Below, in pieces: positions 1 to 9,097 of a DNA stretch of 64,000 bases. Under the pieces are notes generated by a model. The model was not told the DNA's origin and searched no databases. It worked only from the letters and a program-made list of their open reading frames with translations. Position 1 is the stretch's first letter. Each line of letters begins with the position of its first letter. The position numbers and the translations under genes are program-made. Source of the DNA: an uncultured delta proteobacterium (GTDB lineage: Bacteria; Desulfobacterota; Desulfomonilia; UBA1062); NCBI GenBank assembly GCA_963798485.1, contig CAWCTR010000017.1, positions 128,001-192,000 on the forward strand. The letters are read 5' to 3'.

Positions 1-1
1 T

Positions 2-655
2 GCCGATGCCATGCTGAAACTGGAAGAGGAAGGGTGTTCGAACATCAACCTGGTAAGCCCGACCCATTATACACCTTCGGTTATTACGGCAATTGTTACA
101 GCCCGCGCCCTGGGGATGAAGCTCCCAATCCTCGTGAACTCAAGCGGCTATGAGACTAGGGGATGCCTGGAACGCTGGAAGGGCCATGCACAGATCTATC
201 TCATGGATCTCAAGTATGGTGATAATCACTCGGGCAAGGTCTTAAGCGGTGTTGACGATTACTGGGACGTGGCTATGCAGGCTATTACGTACCTCTTTGA
301 GACTACAGGTGTCCTTGTCCTGGACAGTGAAGGAAAGGCGGTCAGCGGCCTGATGGTCAGGCATCTTGTTCTGCCGGAGATGCTCTCCAACCCGTTTCCC
401 GTGCTCGAGTTCCTCTCAGAGCTTTCCCTGGAGATGCCGCTGAGTATCATGTCACAGTATAATCCGGAGTTTTACCGTGGAGATTTGTCTGAAATGAGGC
501 GCCGCATTACTCCGGATGAATACGCCACGGTAATCGAGAGGGCAACCGCTTTAGGATTTGAGACGCTCTATTGCCAGGACATGGAGGCCCCTTCCACCTA
601 TAACCCTGATTTCCGCTCGGAAAGGCCATTCGCCGACATGACCAAGTTGTTTTAG
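2..655 (+). CDS. PflX-like radical SAM protein (putative PFL-activating enzyme family), 5'-truncated by window edge
   Basis: Motifs NINLVSPTH, NSSGYE, IYLMDLKYG, VRHLVLP and MSQYxP; frame stays open to the left edge and the CxxxCxxC motif lies outside the window. Confidence 0.8.
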   Translation, partial: ADAMLKLEEEGCSNINLVSPTHYTPSVITAIVTARALGMKLPILVNSSGYETRGCLERWKGHAQIYLMDLKYGDNHSGKVLSGVDDYWDVAMQAITYLFETTGVLVLDSEGKAVSGLMVRHLVLPEMLSNPFPVLEFLSELSLEMPLSIMSQYNPEFYRGDLSEMRRRITPDEYATVIERATALGFETLYCQDMEAPSTYNPDFRSERPFADMTKLF

Positions 656-745
656 ATTTTAATTATGCCGATCATTTGCCGATAGGACGATAGGATGAAA
701 TGGTATGTCTTCAGTTTATGTACATCCAACGGATGTAACCCTTTT

Positions 746-989
746 GAGAGGATCCGTGAATACTCCAAGGTGCCGGCTGAAGAACTTGCAAAGAAGACCG
801 AGTATGCCGGTTATATAAGAGGCGTTCTCACATCAGGCTGCTAAAGAGATCATTGTCGAGACTCGCGGAACCCACTTTGCCCCGGATGTTGTGGATTCAT
901 TCCTGGCCCATGAGGAAGATTTCCGCAGAACCAGACAAGAGTTTTTCCACGACAGGGGAAACGGGTCCTGCATCAGTTCGGCTGCGTGA
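746..989 (+). pseudogene. Internally deleted HD-GYP (RpfG-like) phosphodiesterase remnant
   Basis: 746-817 reads ERIREYSKVPAEELAKKTEYAGYI (N-part of HD-GYP); 819-989 in another frame reads EAFSHQAAKEIIVETRGTHFAPDVVDSFLAHEEDF (C-terminal GTHFDP-type motif); the catalytic HD and GYP segments are missing. Confidence 0.65.
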
Positions 990-1013
990 GAATAACAATC
1001 TTTTTACTACACC

Positions 1014-1586
1014 TCATTGCCCGGCAGGGGCCGGCTCGGTGGATGCGGTGTTGCCCCCACGGTAGCTCACGAGTTTTTGGGTTATGCCGGCAGCCTTTAC
1101 CGGTTCCATATAGGAAAGAATGCTGCCTGCAATGTCGCCCTTCATGCCGATAAATACCTGGACAGCAACATCGGCCTCAATATTGTTCATCAGGGTAGCT
1201 GCAGCATTGGGTTTCATGGAAGAATAGATCTTCACAAGTTGTTTGATTCGATCACCATTCACGACCTTATAGGCGTTGAGGTCGTTTTTAATAGAGGATT
1301 CTATGGCCTCCAACCGCTTGATCTTCTCTTGCAGCTGCTTCTCAAGCTCCTTGATCTCCATTTCACGGGTCTTGAGCCGCTCTTCCTTCTGCCGGATTAT
1401 CTCCATCTGGTCAGTAGGGCTCAATGTCAAGGGCTGCATCGCCGGTTGCGGCTGCTCCTGTCTGGCAGGCGCCTGGGTATTGTTCGTAGTATTACCGGCA
1501 GCCACTGGTGTGGATTGGGAAACCAGAAAGGCGGCTACAAAAACTATATTGATGAGCACCAGACCCAGCAGTATCTTTGCCTTCAT
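1014..1586 (-). CDS. MotE/FlbB-like flagellar protein (N-terminal TM, coiled coil, MgtE_N-like domain)
   Basis: Follows fliJ; TM helix, coiled coil and LVKIYSSMKPNAAA motif. Confidence 0.75.
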   Translation of the reverse strand: MKAKILLGLVLINIVFVAAFLVSQSTPVAAGNTTNNTQAPARQEQPQPAMQPLTLSPTDQMEIIRQKEERLKTREMEIKELEKQLQEKIKRLEAIESSIKNDLNAYKVVNGDRIKQLVKIYSSMKPNAAATLMNNIEADVAVQVFIGMKGDIAGSILSYMEPVKAAGITQKLVSYRGGNTASTEPAPAGQ

Positions 1587-2023
1587 CTTACACCCCCATG
1601 CCGTAAGACCGCTATCTCATCGAGAAAGATCATGTCCTTCTTTCTGAGCGCCTCATCGTACCGCGCCTGATGGATTTCCTTAAGCCTTGAGATAGCCTTG
1701 TATGACTGTTTCGCTTTTAATAGCTCTTCTCTCTTCACGTCCAGTTGTTGCTCAGCGGTTTTAATATTCTCATCGATGCGCTCCAGGCCTTTTTCCAGGT
1801 ATAAAAGATAATCATAGTATATCTTGACCTCGGTGGCGCTTATCCCTTGGCTCATCCGTGTCATGAGTTCAGCCCTGAGGATGTCCCTTCTCGCCAAGAC
1901 CTGATCCCTCATTGCCACCAGCGATCTTACATACCTCTGGGCCTGAGAGAATGCCTGTTGGGCAATATTCTCCTGTATTTTCCTCACATTCAGCAATGTT
2001 GAGAATTTGTACTTAAAGGCCAT
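1583..2023 (-). CDS. fliJ: Flagellar export protein FliJ
   Basis: FKYKFSTLLNVRK start, coiled coil, C-terminal LDEIA; immediately downstream of fliI. Confidence 0.85.
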   Translation of the reverse strand: MAFKYKFSTLLNVRKIQENIAQQAFSQAQRYVRSLVAMRDQVLARRDILRAELMTRMSQGISATEVKIYYDYLLYLEKGLERIDENIKTAEQQLDVKREELLKAKQSYKAISRLKEIHQARYDEALRKKDMIFLDEIAVLRHGGVR

Positions 2024-3355
2024 TTACGCATTTCCCGCATGCTTTACGTCTATGATCGCACCCATCTGTGCTACAGCCTGTTCAATAGAGGCCTTCTCAT
2101 TGATGCCCTGTTTCAGAAAGCTGTTGATCGAATCAATGTGGCGAATTGCATTATCGATCTCAGGATTATTACCGTTAACGTACGCCCCGATGTTGATAAG
2201 GTCGCGGGCCTCTTCATACACTGCGGTCATGGACTGGATAGACCGTGCTGCACTGAGGTGTTTTTCATCCATAATGTCGTTCATGACCCGACTCACGCTG
2301 CGCAGGATGTCCACGGCAGGGTAATGCCCTCTGGCCGCGAGGTCGCGGGATAGCACTATGTGGCCATCCACAATGGAGCGGACAGTATCCGCCACAGGTT
2401 CAGTAAGGTCATCTCCCTCTACAAGCACGGTGTATAACCCTGTAATACTCCCCTTTGACGAGGTGTTTCCCGCCCTCTCCAGGAGCTTTGGCATCTTGGC
2501 GAAGCAGGATGGGGTATATCCCTTGGTCGTAGGCGGCTCGCCGATGGCCAAGCCGATCTCCCGCATGGACATGGCAAAGCGTGTAATGGAATCCATCATG
2601 AGGAGCACGTCCAGGCCCTGGTCCCTGAAAAACTCTGCAATAGTAGTGGCGAAATACGCCCCCCTGATACGGATGAGCGACGGCTGGTCCGATATAGCGG
2701 TTACCACCACTGAGCGCTTGAGTCCTTCCTCGCCCAGGTCTCTTTCCAGGAACTCATTGACCTCTCTGCCGCGTTCGCCGATTAATGCAATCACGTTTAC
2801 ATCCGCCTTGGTATGGCGGGCCATCATCCCGAGCAGTACGCTTTTCCCTACGCCCGATCCTGACATGATTGCCATGCGCTGGCCCTTTCCCACCGTCGTC
2901 AGGCCATTGATAGACCTTATGCCAAGGTCGAGCGGCTCATCAATACGCCGCTTCTTTAAGGGGTTATAGGGGGTTCCATACAGCGGCATCTCGTAATCGA
3001 GCATGAGCGGTCCCTTGCCGTCTAAAGGCTCTCCCATCCCGTCAACGACGCGTCCGAGCATGTCGTTGCCTACCTTGACAATGGGTTGCGATTTCCTGGC
3101 AATGATTACGCTTCCCGGGCCGATCCCATTGAGGTCACCCAGCGGCATCAACAGAACACGCTTGTTCCGGAAACCTACAACCTCGGCCATGATGGAGCTC
3201 TTTCTTGCCTTGGAATAGATTTCGCACATGCCCCCTATGGAGCTTCCCGGGCCGTGACCTTCAACCACTAGGCCCACGATGTTTGTTACCTTGCCCCTGA
3301 CCTGGACAGGATCCATCTCATGCAAGGCGAGGAGTTGTCTTTTCAGGCCGGTCAT
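2024..3355 (-). CDS. fliI: Flagellum-specific ATPase FliI
   Basis: Walker A GSGVGKS, ALIGERGREV, MDSITRFA, DGHIVLSR, YPAVDIL. Confidence 0.96.
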   Translation of the reverse strand: MTGLKRQLLALHEMDPVQVRGKVTNIVGLVVEGHGPGSSIGGMCEIYSKARKSSIMAEVVGFRNKRVLLMPLGDLNGIGPGSVIIARKSQPIVKVGNDMLGRVVDGMGEPLDGKGPLMLDYEMPLYGTPYNPLKKRRIDEPLDLGIRSINGLTTVGKGQRMAIMSGSGVGKSVLLGMMARHTKADVNVIALIGERGREVNEFLERDLGEEGLKRSVVVTAISDQPSLIRIRGAYFATTIAEFFRDQGLDVLLMMDSITRFAMSMREIGLAIGEPPTTKGYTPSCFAKMPKLLERAGNTSSKGSITGLYTVLVEGDDLTEPVADTVRSIVDGHIVLSRDLAARGHYPAVDILRSVSRVMNDIMDEKHLSAARSIQSMTAVYEEARDLINIGAYVNGNNPEIDNAIRHIDSINSFLKQGINEKASIEQAVAQMGAIIDVKHAGNA

Positions 3356-3996
3356 TTCTCCTGCAGGACCTCATTCATGTGTTCAATCTGGGATCGTATG
3401 CTCGCGTCGATCTCACCATACTCCGTTTCGATGATGATGCCGCCGCGTTCAATGGCGGTGTCTTCGATAAAATGAATATTTCCATTGCCGGTGAGTTGTG
3501 TGGAGATGATCCGCTCGATCTCGCGGATATTTTCAAAGTCCGATGGATGAACCCTCAGGCGGATCTCATCGGTTTCTGTAAGATAGCTGCATGCATGTCT
3601 CACCGTATCAAGGATGATATCAGGTGAGAGCTGGATCTCCCGGTGGATGACCTTCTCGGCGATGAGGACGAGTATCTCAAGGATCTGATCCTGGTGTTTT
3701 TCGATTATGAGATGTCTCATCTTTTTCAGCTCTTCGATAGTATGCGAGAGCATCTGGATAAGGGGCTCGATTCTTTTAACCGCCATCATCTGTCCCTGGG
3801 TCTGGCCCTGGTCAAGGCCTTTGCGATAAGCCTCCATCTCGATGGCTTCTCTTTCAGCGCCGGCCTTTTTCAGGATAGCCTCTGCCTGGGCCTGGATATC
3901 TCTGAGATTACCCTTGTCTTGCATCTCTTTGACGCAATAGGGGGTGACCGTAGCGTCCTTCTGGCCACTGTCACGTATGATTCTAGACAAGGACAT
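3352..3996 (-). CDS. fliH: Flagellar assembly protein FliH
   Basis: GxxxG repeats, LRVHPSD, GGIIIETEYGEIDASI; lies between fliG and fliI. Confidence 0.9.
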   Translation of the reverse strand: MSLSRIIRDSGQKDATVTPYCVKEMQDKGNLRDIQAQAEAILKKAGAEREAIEMEAYRKGLDQGQTQGQMMAVKRIEPLIQMLSHTIEELKKMRHLIIEKHQDQILEILVLIAEKVIHREIQLSPDIILDTVRHACSYLTETDEIRLRVHPSDFENIREIERIISTQLTGNGNIHFIEDTAIERGGIIIETEYGEIDASIRSQIEHMNEVLQEK

Positions 3997-5002
3997 CCTC
4001 TCCGCCCTTTCCGCTTATCACGATCTTGTTTGCAGACTCCAGCTTTCTGGCTACACGCACAATGTTCTGCTGGGCTGTTTCCACGTCCGAGAGCTTCACC
4101 GGGCCCATGGTCTCCATATCCTCCAGGAGCATCTCGGATGCCCTGGACGACATGTTCTTGAGTATATGACCCTTGAGTGTCTCACTAGAAGTCTTCAGAG
4201 CCAGCGAAAGGTCCTCGTTTGTGATCTCCTTGAGTATTGTTTGGATGCCGCGGTTATCGATGTTGATGAGGTCTTCGAAGACGAACATCTTCTGTCGGAT
4301 GTTTTCTGCCAGGTCGGCATCGATCTCTTCAAGAGATCCGAATATATTGTTCTCGGTATTGTGATCGAGCTGGTTCATGATCTCGGCTACGGTCTCGATG
4401 CCGCCTATCTTCTTGCTTTCCACGCTCCCCATGGCCTCGATCTCTTTTTTGAGCACGTCATCCACATCTTCAATGACCCCGGCAGGCACCATGCCTAAGT
4501 TGGCGATGCGAAAAACGATCTCAGGCTGGAGTTTCTCGGGCATTTCCTTGATGATCTGGGCGACCTTTAAATGATCGAGGTGGGCCAGTACCAGGGCAAT
4601 GGTCTGGGGATGCTCACCCTTGAGGTAATCAACGAGGATAGAAGCATCGATGGCACGGAGAGATGAGAAGGCTGCGGTATCCATGGCCTGGGAGATGGAG
4701 TCTATGATAGGTTTGGCCTTTTCGGCGCCTAAGGAAGAAACAAGGGCATTCCGTAGGTAGTCAATACCTTTCCCCGTGACGCCGCTTACTTCCCCGCTGA
4801 GCTGCTGGAACTCGTCCATAATGTTCTGAACCGTTCCCACCGGGATAGTCACGTCCTCGAGGTTTGCCATTCCTCTTCCGAGAAGCTTGATCTCATGGTC
4901 GGTCAATCCCTTGAATACAGCCCTGGTGAATTCGTCACCCATTGCCGTGAGAAAGATAGAGGCCTTCTGGGGGCCATCAACCTTCTTGAGCTTACCCATC
5001 AT
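3983..5002 (-). CDS. fliG: Flagellar motor switch protein FliG
   Basis: EHPQTIALVL, GGIETVAEI, MFVFEDL, NMSSRA motifs. Confidence 0.96.
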   Translation of the reverse strand: MMGKLKKVDGPQKASIFLTAMGDEFTRAVFKGLTDHEIKLLGRGMANLEDVTIPVGTVQNIMDEFQQLSGEVSGVTGKGIDYLRNALVSSLGAEKAKPIIDSISQAMDTAAFSSLRAIDASILVDYLKGEHPQTIALVLAHLDHLKVAQIIKEMPEKLQPEIVFRIANLGMVPAGVIEDVDDVLKKEIEAMGSVESKKIGGIETVAEIMNQLDHNTENNIFGSLEEIDADLAENIRQKMFVFEDLINIDNRGIQTILKEITNEDLSLALKTSSETLKGHILKNMSSRASEMLLEDMETMGPVKLSDVETAQQNIVRVARKLESANKIVISGKGGEDVLV

Positions 5003-6612
5003 GCGCTCTCCTGCAGCCAGGACTTCACTACCGCCGTAGCGGTATTCATATCATTCTTTAAGACATTCTCGATGGCCTTGCGTTTGCCCTGGACCGCCCG
5101 CTTCATTTCCTCACTCTTGGGGGCAACCTCGAGCTGAGGCAGCTCGTCATTCTCGAGAAGACCCTGTTCCTCCATGGAAATACCCCTTTCGTGTGCGTGT
5201 ACCCGTTCAACCACCTTGACCGATTTTGTGAGCCACTTGAGCATGGGCCGTATTATGAAGAGCAGGACCAGGACAACAATAACAAGGAATAGTACCGGCT
5301 TGATGAGAGAAAGTATGAATTCCTTCTTCTTCTCCTTCTCGGAAAGTGAAGACAGGTCGGTGTCTTCCTGGGCAAAAGGCATGCAGGACACCGAGATCAG
5401 GTCTTCCCGGTCCGCATTGAACCCGACGGCTTGCTTTACGGCGTTCTCAATATCCTTCAGATCGGATGCCTGCCTTGGGACAAACAGCTTGTTCCCCGCC
5501 TTGTCCGTTTTATATGTCCCGTCAACCACAACCGATACTGTCAATCGTTTGACATCACCTGGAGATAATATCCGCTCCGTCTGGTTTTTGCCGATCTCAT
5601 AATTACGGACTACACTTTCTCCGCCAGTTGCCCCGTTCGGAGGGACCGCCTCCGGTCCACCCTTTCCTGTGGGTAGGTTTGACGGTGTGCCGGCAACCCC
5701 CTTTGTGTTCTTGTCAGAGCCGGTATACTGGTTCTTGACCTCTTCGGAGCGGACAACATGGACCTCGGGATCGTATGACTCCTGGACATTCTTGACCATA
5801 TCCATGTTTACATCCGCGCTTACCTTCACTATGGCGGCCTGCGGCCCCACGATCTTTTCAAGGAGGCCTTGTGCCCTTTCCTGGAGATGGTTTTCAATGG
5901 CCCGCTTATATTCAAGCCGGTCGCTGGCAAGGGCTACCGAATCGGAGTCCTTCTTCCCTTCATAGAGGATCTTGCCCTTGATGTCTATGATGCTGATATT
6001 TTCGGGGCCCAGACCCCGCACGCTCTTTTCCACGAGATACACGATACCCTGGACCTGGGAGGGGTTCATCTGCATGCCGGGCTTGGTCTTGATGACGATG
6101 GATGCCTTGGCCGGTTTTTCATCCTCGATGAAAATGCTTTCTTTGGGCATGGCTATATGGACCCGTGCAAAGGACACTTCTTCAAGCGACATGATGGTGT
6201 TGGCCAGTTCGTTCTGCAATGCCCTTTGATAATTGATCTTCTGGACGAACTCTGACTGGGAGAAGTCCGTTTGATCGAAGAGCGCAAACCCCTTACCCAC
6301 ACCACCCTTAGGCAGCCCCCTGGCTGCAAGGGCAAGGCGTGTTTCGTAGACATTGGCCTCAGGTATCATGATGGAAGTGCCACCCTTGGTGAGCTGATAG
6401 GATATGCGGCTCTCCTTCAGATCCTGGACGATCAGCGAGGCATCCTGTTCGGTCAGGTCGGTGAAGAGGTACTGATACTTGGGGGCCATGGCCCACATGA
6501 GGCTTACCACGACAACCGCCATAGCCAGGCCGCTCACGGCCAGAAGGCCGAACCTCTGCCCCATGCTCATGGCGCCGAACTTTGCAGGAAGCTGTTTAAT
6601 GAAGTCTGTCAT
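4999..6612 (-). CDS. fliF: Flagellar M-ring protein FliF
   Basis: Two TM segments, QKINYQRALQNEL, ARVHIAMPKESIF, AVGFNADRED. Confidence 0.95.
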   Translation of the reverse strand: MTDFIKQLPAKFGAMSMGQRFGLLAVSGLAMAVVVVSLMWAMAPKYQYLFTDLTEQDASLIVQDLKESRISYQLTKGGTSIMIPEANVYETRLALAARGLPKGGVGKGFALFDQTDFSQSEFVQKINYQRALQNELANTIMSLEEVSFARVHIAMPKESIFIEDEKPAKASIVIKTKPGMQMNPSQVQGIVYLVEKSVRGLGPENISIIDIKGKILYEGKKDSDSVALASDRLEYKRAIENHLQERAQGLLEKIVGPQAAIVKVSADVNMDMVKNVQESYDPEVHVVRSEEVKNQYTGSDKNTKGVAGTPSNLPTGKGGPEAVPPNGATGGESVVRNYEIGKNQTERILSPGDVKRLTVSVVVDGTYKTDKAGNKLFVPRQASDLKDIENAVKQAVGFNADREDLISVSCMPFAQEDTDLSSLSEKEKKKEFILSLIKPVLFLVIVVLVLLFIIRPMLKWLTKSVKVVERVHAHERGISMEEQGLLENDELPQLEVAPKSEEMKRAVQGKRKAIENVLKNDMNTATAVVKSWLQESA

Positions 6613-6614
6613 GG

Positions 6615-6902
6615 CTATCTCAATGTGTTGAGTTCTTTGTAGCCACTGATGATCTCATTGGTCATTTTCACGAGCAGCCTTAAAGATATGTCGGCCTTCT
6701 GCATGGCGATCATTGCCTCATGGATATTGCCGGACTTGCCCGATGAAAGGTCGAGGGCTGACTTCTCGGATTCCGAGAGAAGCTTATTCGTGGAATCGAT
6801 GGTCTCCTTGAGGGTATCAACAAAATCAAGGCCTTTAGCCGATGTTTTTCCCTGAGACGTAAGGGTGCCGGTTATGGTGAAATCAGATTTGTCGATACGC
6901 AT
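6615..6902 (-). CDS. fliE: Flagellar hook-basal body protein FliE
   Basis: IHEAMIAMQKADISL motif; lies between flgC and fliF. Confidence 0.9.
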   Translation of the reverse strand: MRIDKSDFTITGTLTSQGKTSAKGLDFVDTLKETIDSTNKLLSESEKSALDLSSGKSGNIHEAMIAMQKADISLRLLVKMTNEIISGYKELNTLR

Positions 6903-6904
6903 TA

Positions 6905-7312
6905 TTAACTCCCGCTGCTGATACTCAGCGACTTGAGCGCCATGTCCTTTTGTGCCTTCACAACAATGGAGTTGGCTTCAAAGGCCCTTGTGGCATTCAT
7001 CATGTTCACCATTTCTTCCATGAGGTTCACGTTGGGCATTGTGACATAGCCCTTAGCGTCCGCATCAGGGTTTCCCGGGTCATAGAGGCGTTCACCGGTA
7101 CTGGGGTTGGTCTGGATCCCCTCAACTTCAACGCTTGCAAGTTGGCCTTCGAAGGAGTTCTCTTTAAGGATAACGTCCCGGCGCTTGTAGGGGCCTCCTT
7201 CATCGGTATGGGTGGTGTGGGCGTTGGCGATATTGCTTGCAATGACATTCATCCTGGTACGCTGTGCCCGCATGCCGCTTGCACTAATGTCCATGGCTGT
7301 GAATAGGTCCAT
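6905..7312 (-). CDS. flgC: Flagellar basal-body rod protein FlgC
   Basis: SASGMRAQRTRMNVIASNIANA, YDPGNPDADAKGYV, EEMVNMM. Confidence 0.96.
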   Translation of the reverse strand: MDLFTAMDISASGMRAQRTRMNVIASNIANAHTTHTDEGGPYKRRDVILKENSFEGQLASVEVEGIQTNPSTGERLYDPGNPDADAKGYVTMPNVNLMEEMVNMMNATRAFEANSIVVKAQKDMALKSLSISSGS

Positions 7313-7695
7313 TACGAGATGCCTCCTATAGTGTTTTTGAGTTGATTGAGCTTGGCAGCGATGGTAGTTGTCAAGTGGGTGAAGAGGATCTGGTTCTGGT
7401 TGAGCTTCATCATCTCTCGGTCGATATCCACGGTGTTGGAGTCGTTGCCGATCCTTTCGAACGGGTCATCCACGGTTTGGTAAGGGTCTTGTGTGGGTGA
7501 TCCCTTCAGGTGTTGCTGGTTTGTGGTAGTGAGTTTTAACCTGGAGTCCAGCTCGCTCTCAAAGAGGGCTTCCTTGGCCTTGTAGCCAGGGGTGTCCACA
7601 TTGGCTATGTTGCTGGCTATGACTTCCTGACGATAGGTGCGGTAATTCAACTGCTTTGTTATTTCCGAGATGGTCTTTCCGAAGATATCGCCCAT
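7312..7695 (-). CDS. flgB: Flagellar basal-body rod protein FlgB
   Basis: RQEVIASNIANVDTPGYKA, NTVDIDREM. Confidence 0.95.
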   Translation of the reverse strand: MGDIFGKTISEITKQLNYRTYRQEVIASNIANVDTPGYKAKEALFESELDSRLKLTTTNQQHLKGSPTQDPYQTVDDPFERIGNDSNTVDIDREMMKLNQNQILFTHLTTTIAAKLNQLKNTIGGIS

Positions 7696-7719
7696 ATGAA
7701 TTCTCCTTGATCTCTATAA

Positions 7720-7736
7720 AGCAATTGTCATACCAA
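7720..7736 (-). promoter_or_regulatory. Sigma54 (-24/-12) promoter of the flgB operon
   Basis: Minus strand TTGGTATGACAATTGCT gives GG-N10-GC, 25 nt upstream of the flgB start. Confidence 0.8.
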
Positions 7737-7748
7737 TGGGGCCAAGGC

Positions 7749-9092
7749 TCATGTTTCCAGGGGTTCTTCAAGATCCGGGCCCCCGGACTTTGCCGGTTCA
7801 TCGTCAGAAATTTGACCACCATTGGTATATTCATGCAGCTTGTTCCGCAAGGTCCGGATACTTATGCCCAGCAGTGTTGCCGCCTTGGTCCTGTTGCCGT
7901 CGACCTTTTTCAAGGTTGAAAAGATGAGGTTTTTCTCCATATCGTGGATTGTTGTGCCCATGGCAGGCATCGATGCCGATATTGAGGAAGGCTCAGAGCT
8001 TAGTGCTATATGTTCTGTAGAAATCGTATCTCCTTCAGTAAGGATCATGGCGCGTTCGACAACGTTTTCAAGCTCGCGCACATTGCCGGGCCAGGGGTAC
8101 TTCAATAGGGCATCTTTTGCCTCCTTGCTGAGCACTTTTTCCTGCATGTCTTCCCGGGAGGCTACCACCTTGATGAAGTGTGTGGTTAAAGGGATGATGT
8201 CTTCACTGCGCTGTCTTAAGGGTGGGATCTTAATGGTGATCACATTCAACCGGAAAAAGAGGTCGTGCCTGAATCTCCCTGCATTGATTTCTTCTTCGAT
8301 ATCCCTGTTGGTGGTGGAGATGACACGAAAGTCCACCTTGATGGGGGCCTTTCCGCCTACACGGTCTATCTGCCTTTCCTGCAAGACCCGCAGGAGTTTT
8401 GCCTGCAAGGCCGGGGTGATCTCGGTTACCTCGTCCAGCAGGATTGTACCGCAATCCGCCTGTTCGAACCTGCCGATCCGGGTGGTATACGCCCCGGTGA
8501 ATGCACCCTTCTCATAGCCGAAGAGCTCACTTTCAAGCAATGTCTCAGGGATGGCTGCAAGGTTAATCCCCACATAGGGCCCGCTTTTCCGTTTACTCAA
8601 GGCATGGATGTTTCTCGCAATCACCTCCTTGCCCGTACCCGACTCTCCCTGGATAAGGATAGAGGCTTGAGTGGGAGCGACCTTCCGGATGATCTCCACG
8701 ATCCCCCTCATGGAAGGATCGGCCACAATAAATGATGTATCCTGATTGTTGAATTTTTGACCTTTCGGGGTCTTTAGCGCCTCGATGACGCTCACCATCT
8801 CATCGGCCCTGAAGGGTTTTTTCAGGTAGTATGAGGCCCCTGCCTTCAGGCATGCAGAGCCGTCTTTAATTCCGATTGCCACGATCTGAATGGAATCGTA
8901 TACCTGTTTCGTGCCTTCGATCACGTCGAGAAAGTCATCCGAGATGATCGCCAGGTTGTGATTTTTGGGATCGATCATCTCCAGAAACTTATCTTTGTCG
9001 GTGTAGGGTGATGGAGATTCGCCCTGTTCGGCAATGAGTTCTGCAAGGATATTCACCGTCTCTTTATCGCAATCTAAGATGGCGATTCCCAT
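7749..9092 (-). CDS. Sigma54-dependent flagellar activator (FleR/FlgR-like) with degenerate receiver domain
   Basis: [26 protein letters not shown] and a Fis-type HTH; REC domain shortened. Confidence 0.88.
   Translation of the reverse strand: MGIAILDCDKETVNILAELIAEQGESPSPYTDKDKFLEMIDPKNHNLAIISDDFLDVIEGTKQVYDSIQIVAIGIKDGSACLKAGASYYLKKPFRADEMVSVIEALKTPKGQKFNNQDTSFIVADPSMRGIVEIIRKVAPTQASILIQGESGTGKEVIARNIHALSKRKSGPYVGINLAAIPETLLESELFGYEKGAFTGAYTTRIGRFEQADCGTILLDEVTEITPALQAKLLRVLQERQIDRVGGKAPIKVDFRVISTTNRDIEEEINAGRFRHDLFFRLNVITIKIPPLRQRSEDIIPLTTHFIKVVASREDMQEKVLSKEAKDALLKYPWPGNVRELENVVERAMILTEGDTISTEHIALSSEPSSISASMPAMGTTIHDMEKNLIFSTLKKVDGNRTKAATLLGISIRTLRNKLHEYTNGGQISDDEPAKSGGPDLEEPLET
7803..7816. 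promoter_or_regulatory. Candidate enhancer (UAS) for a flagellar sigma54 activator
   Basis: Palindrome GTCAGAAATTTGAC (GTCA-N6-TGAC, FleQ-box-like) about 70 bp upstream of the sigma54 promoter, inside the 3' end of the upstream gene. Confidence 0.45.
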
Positions 9093-9097
9093 GGCCC

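Noticed and set aside
2024-6612. Non-flagellar type III secretion system
   Set aside because: Presence and order of flgB, flgC, fliE and fliG show it is flagellar
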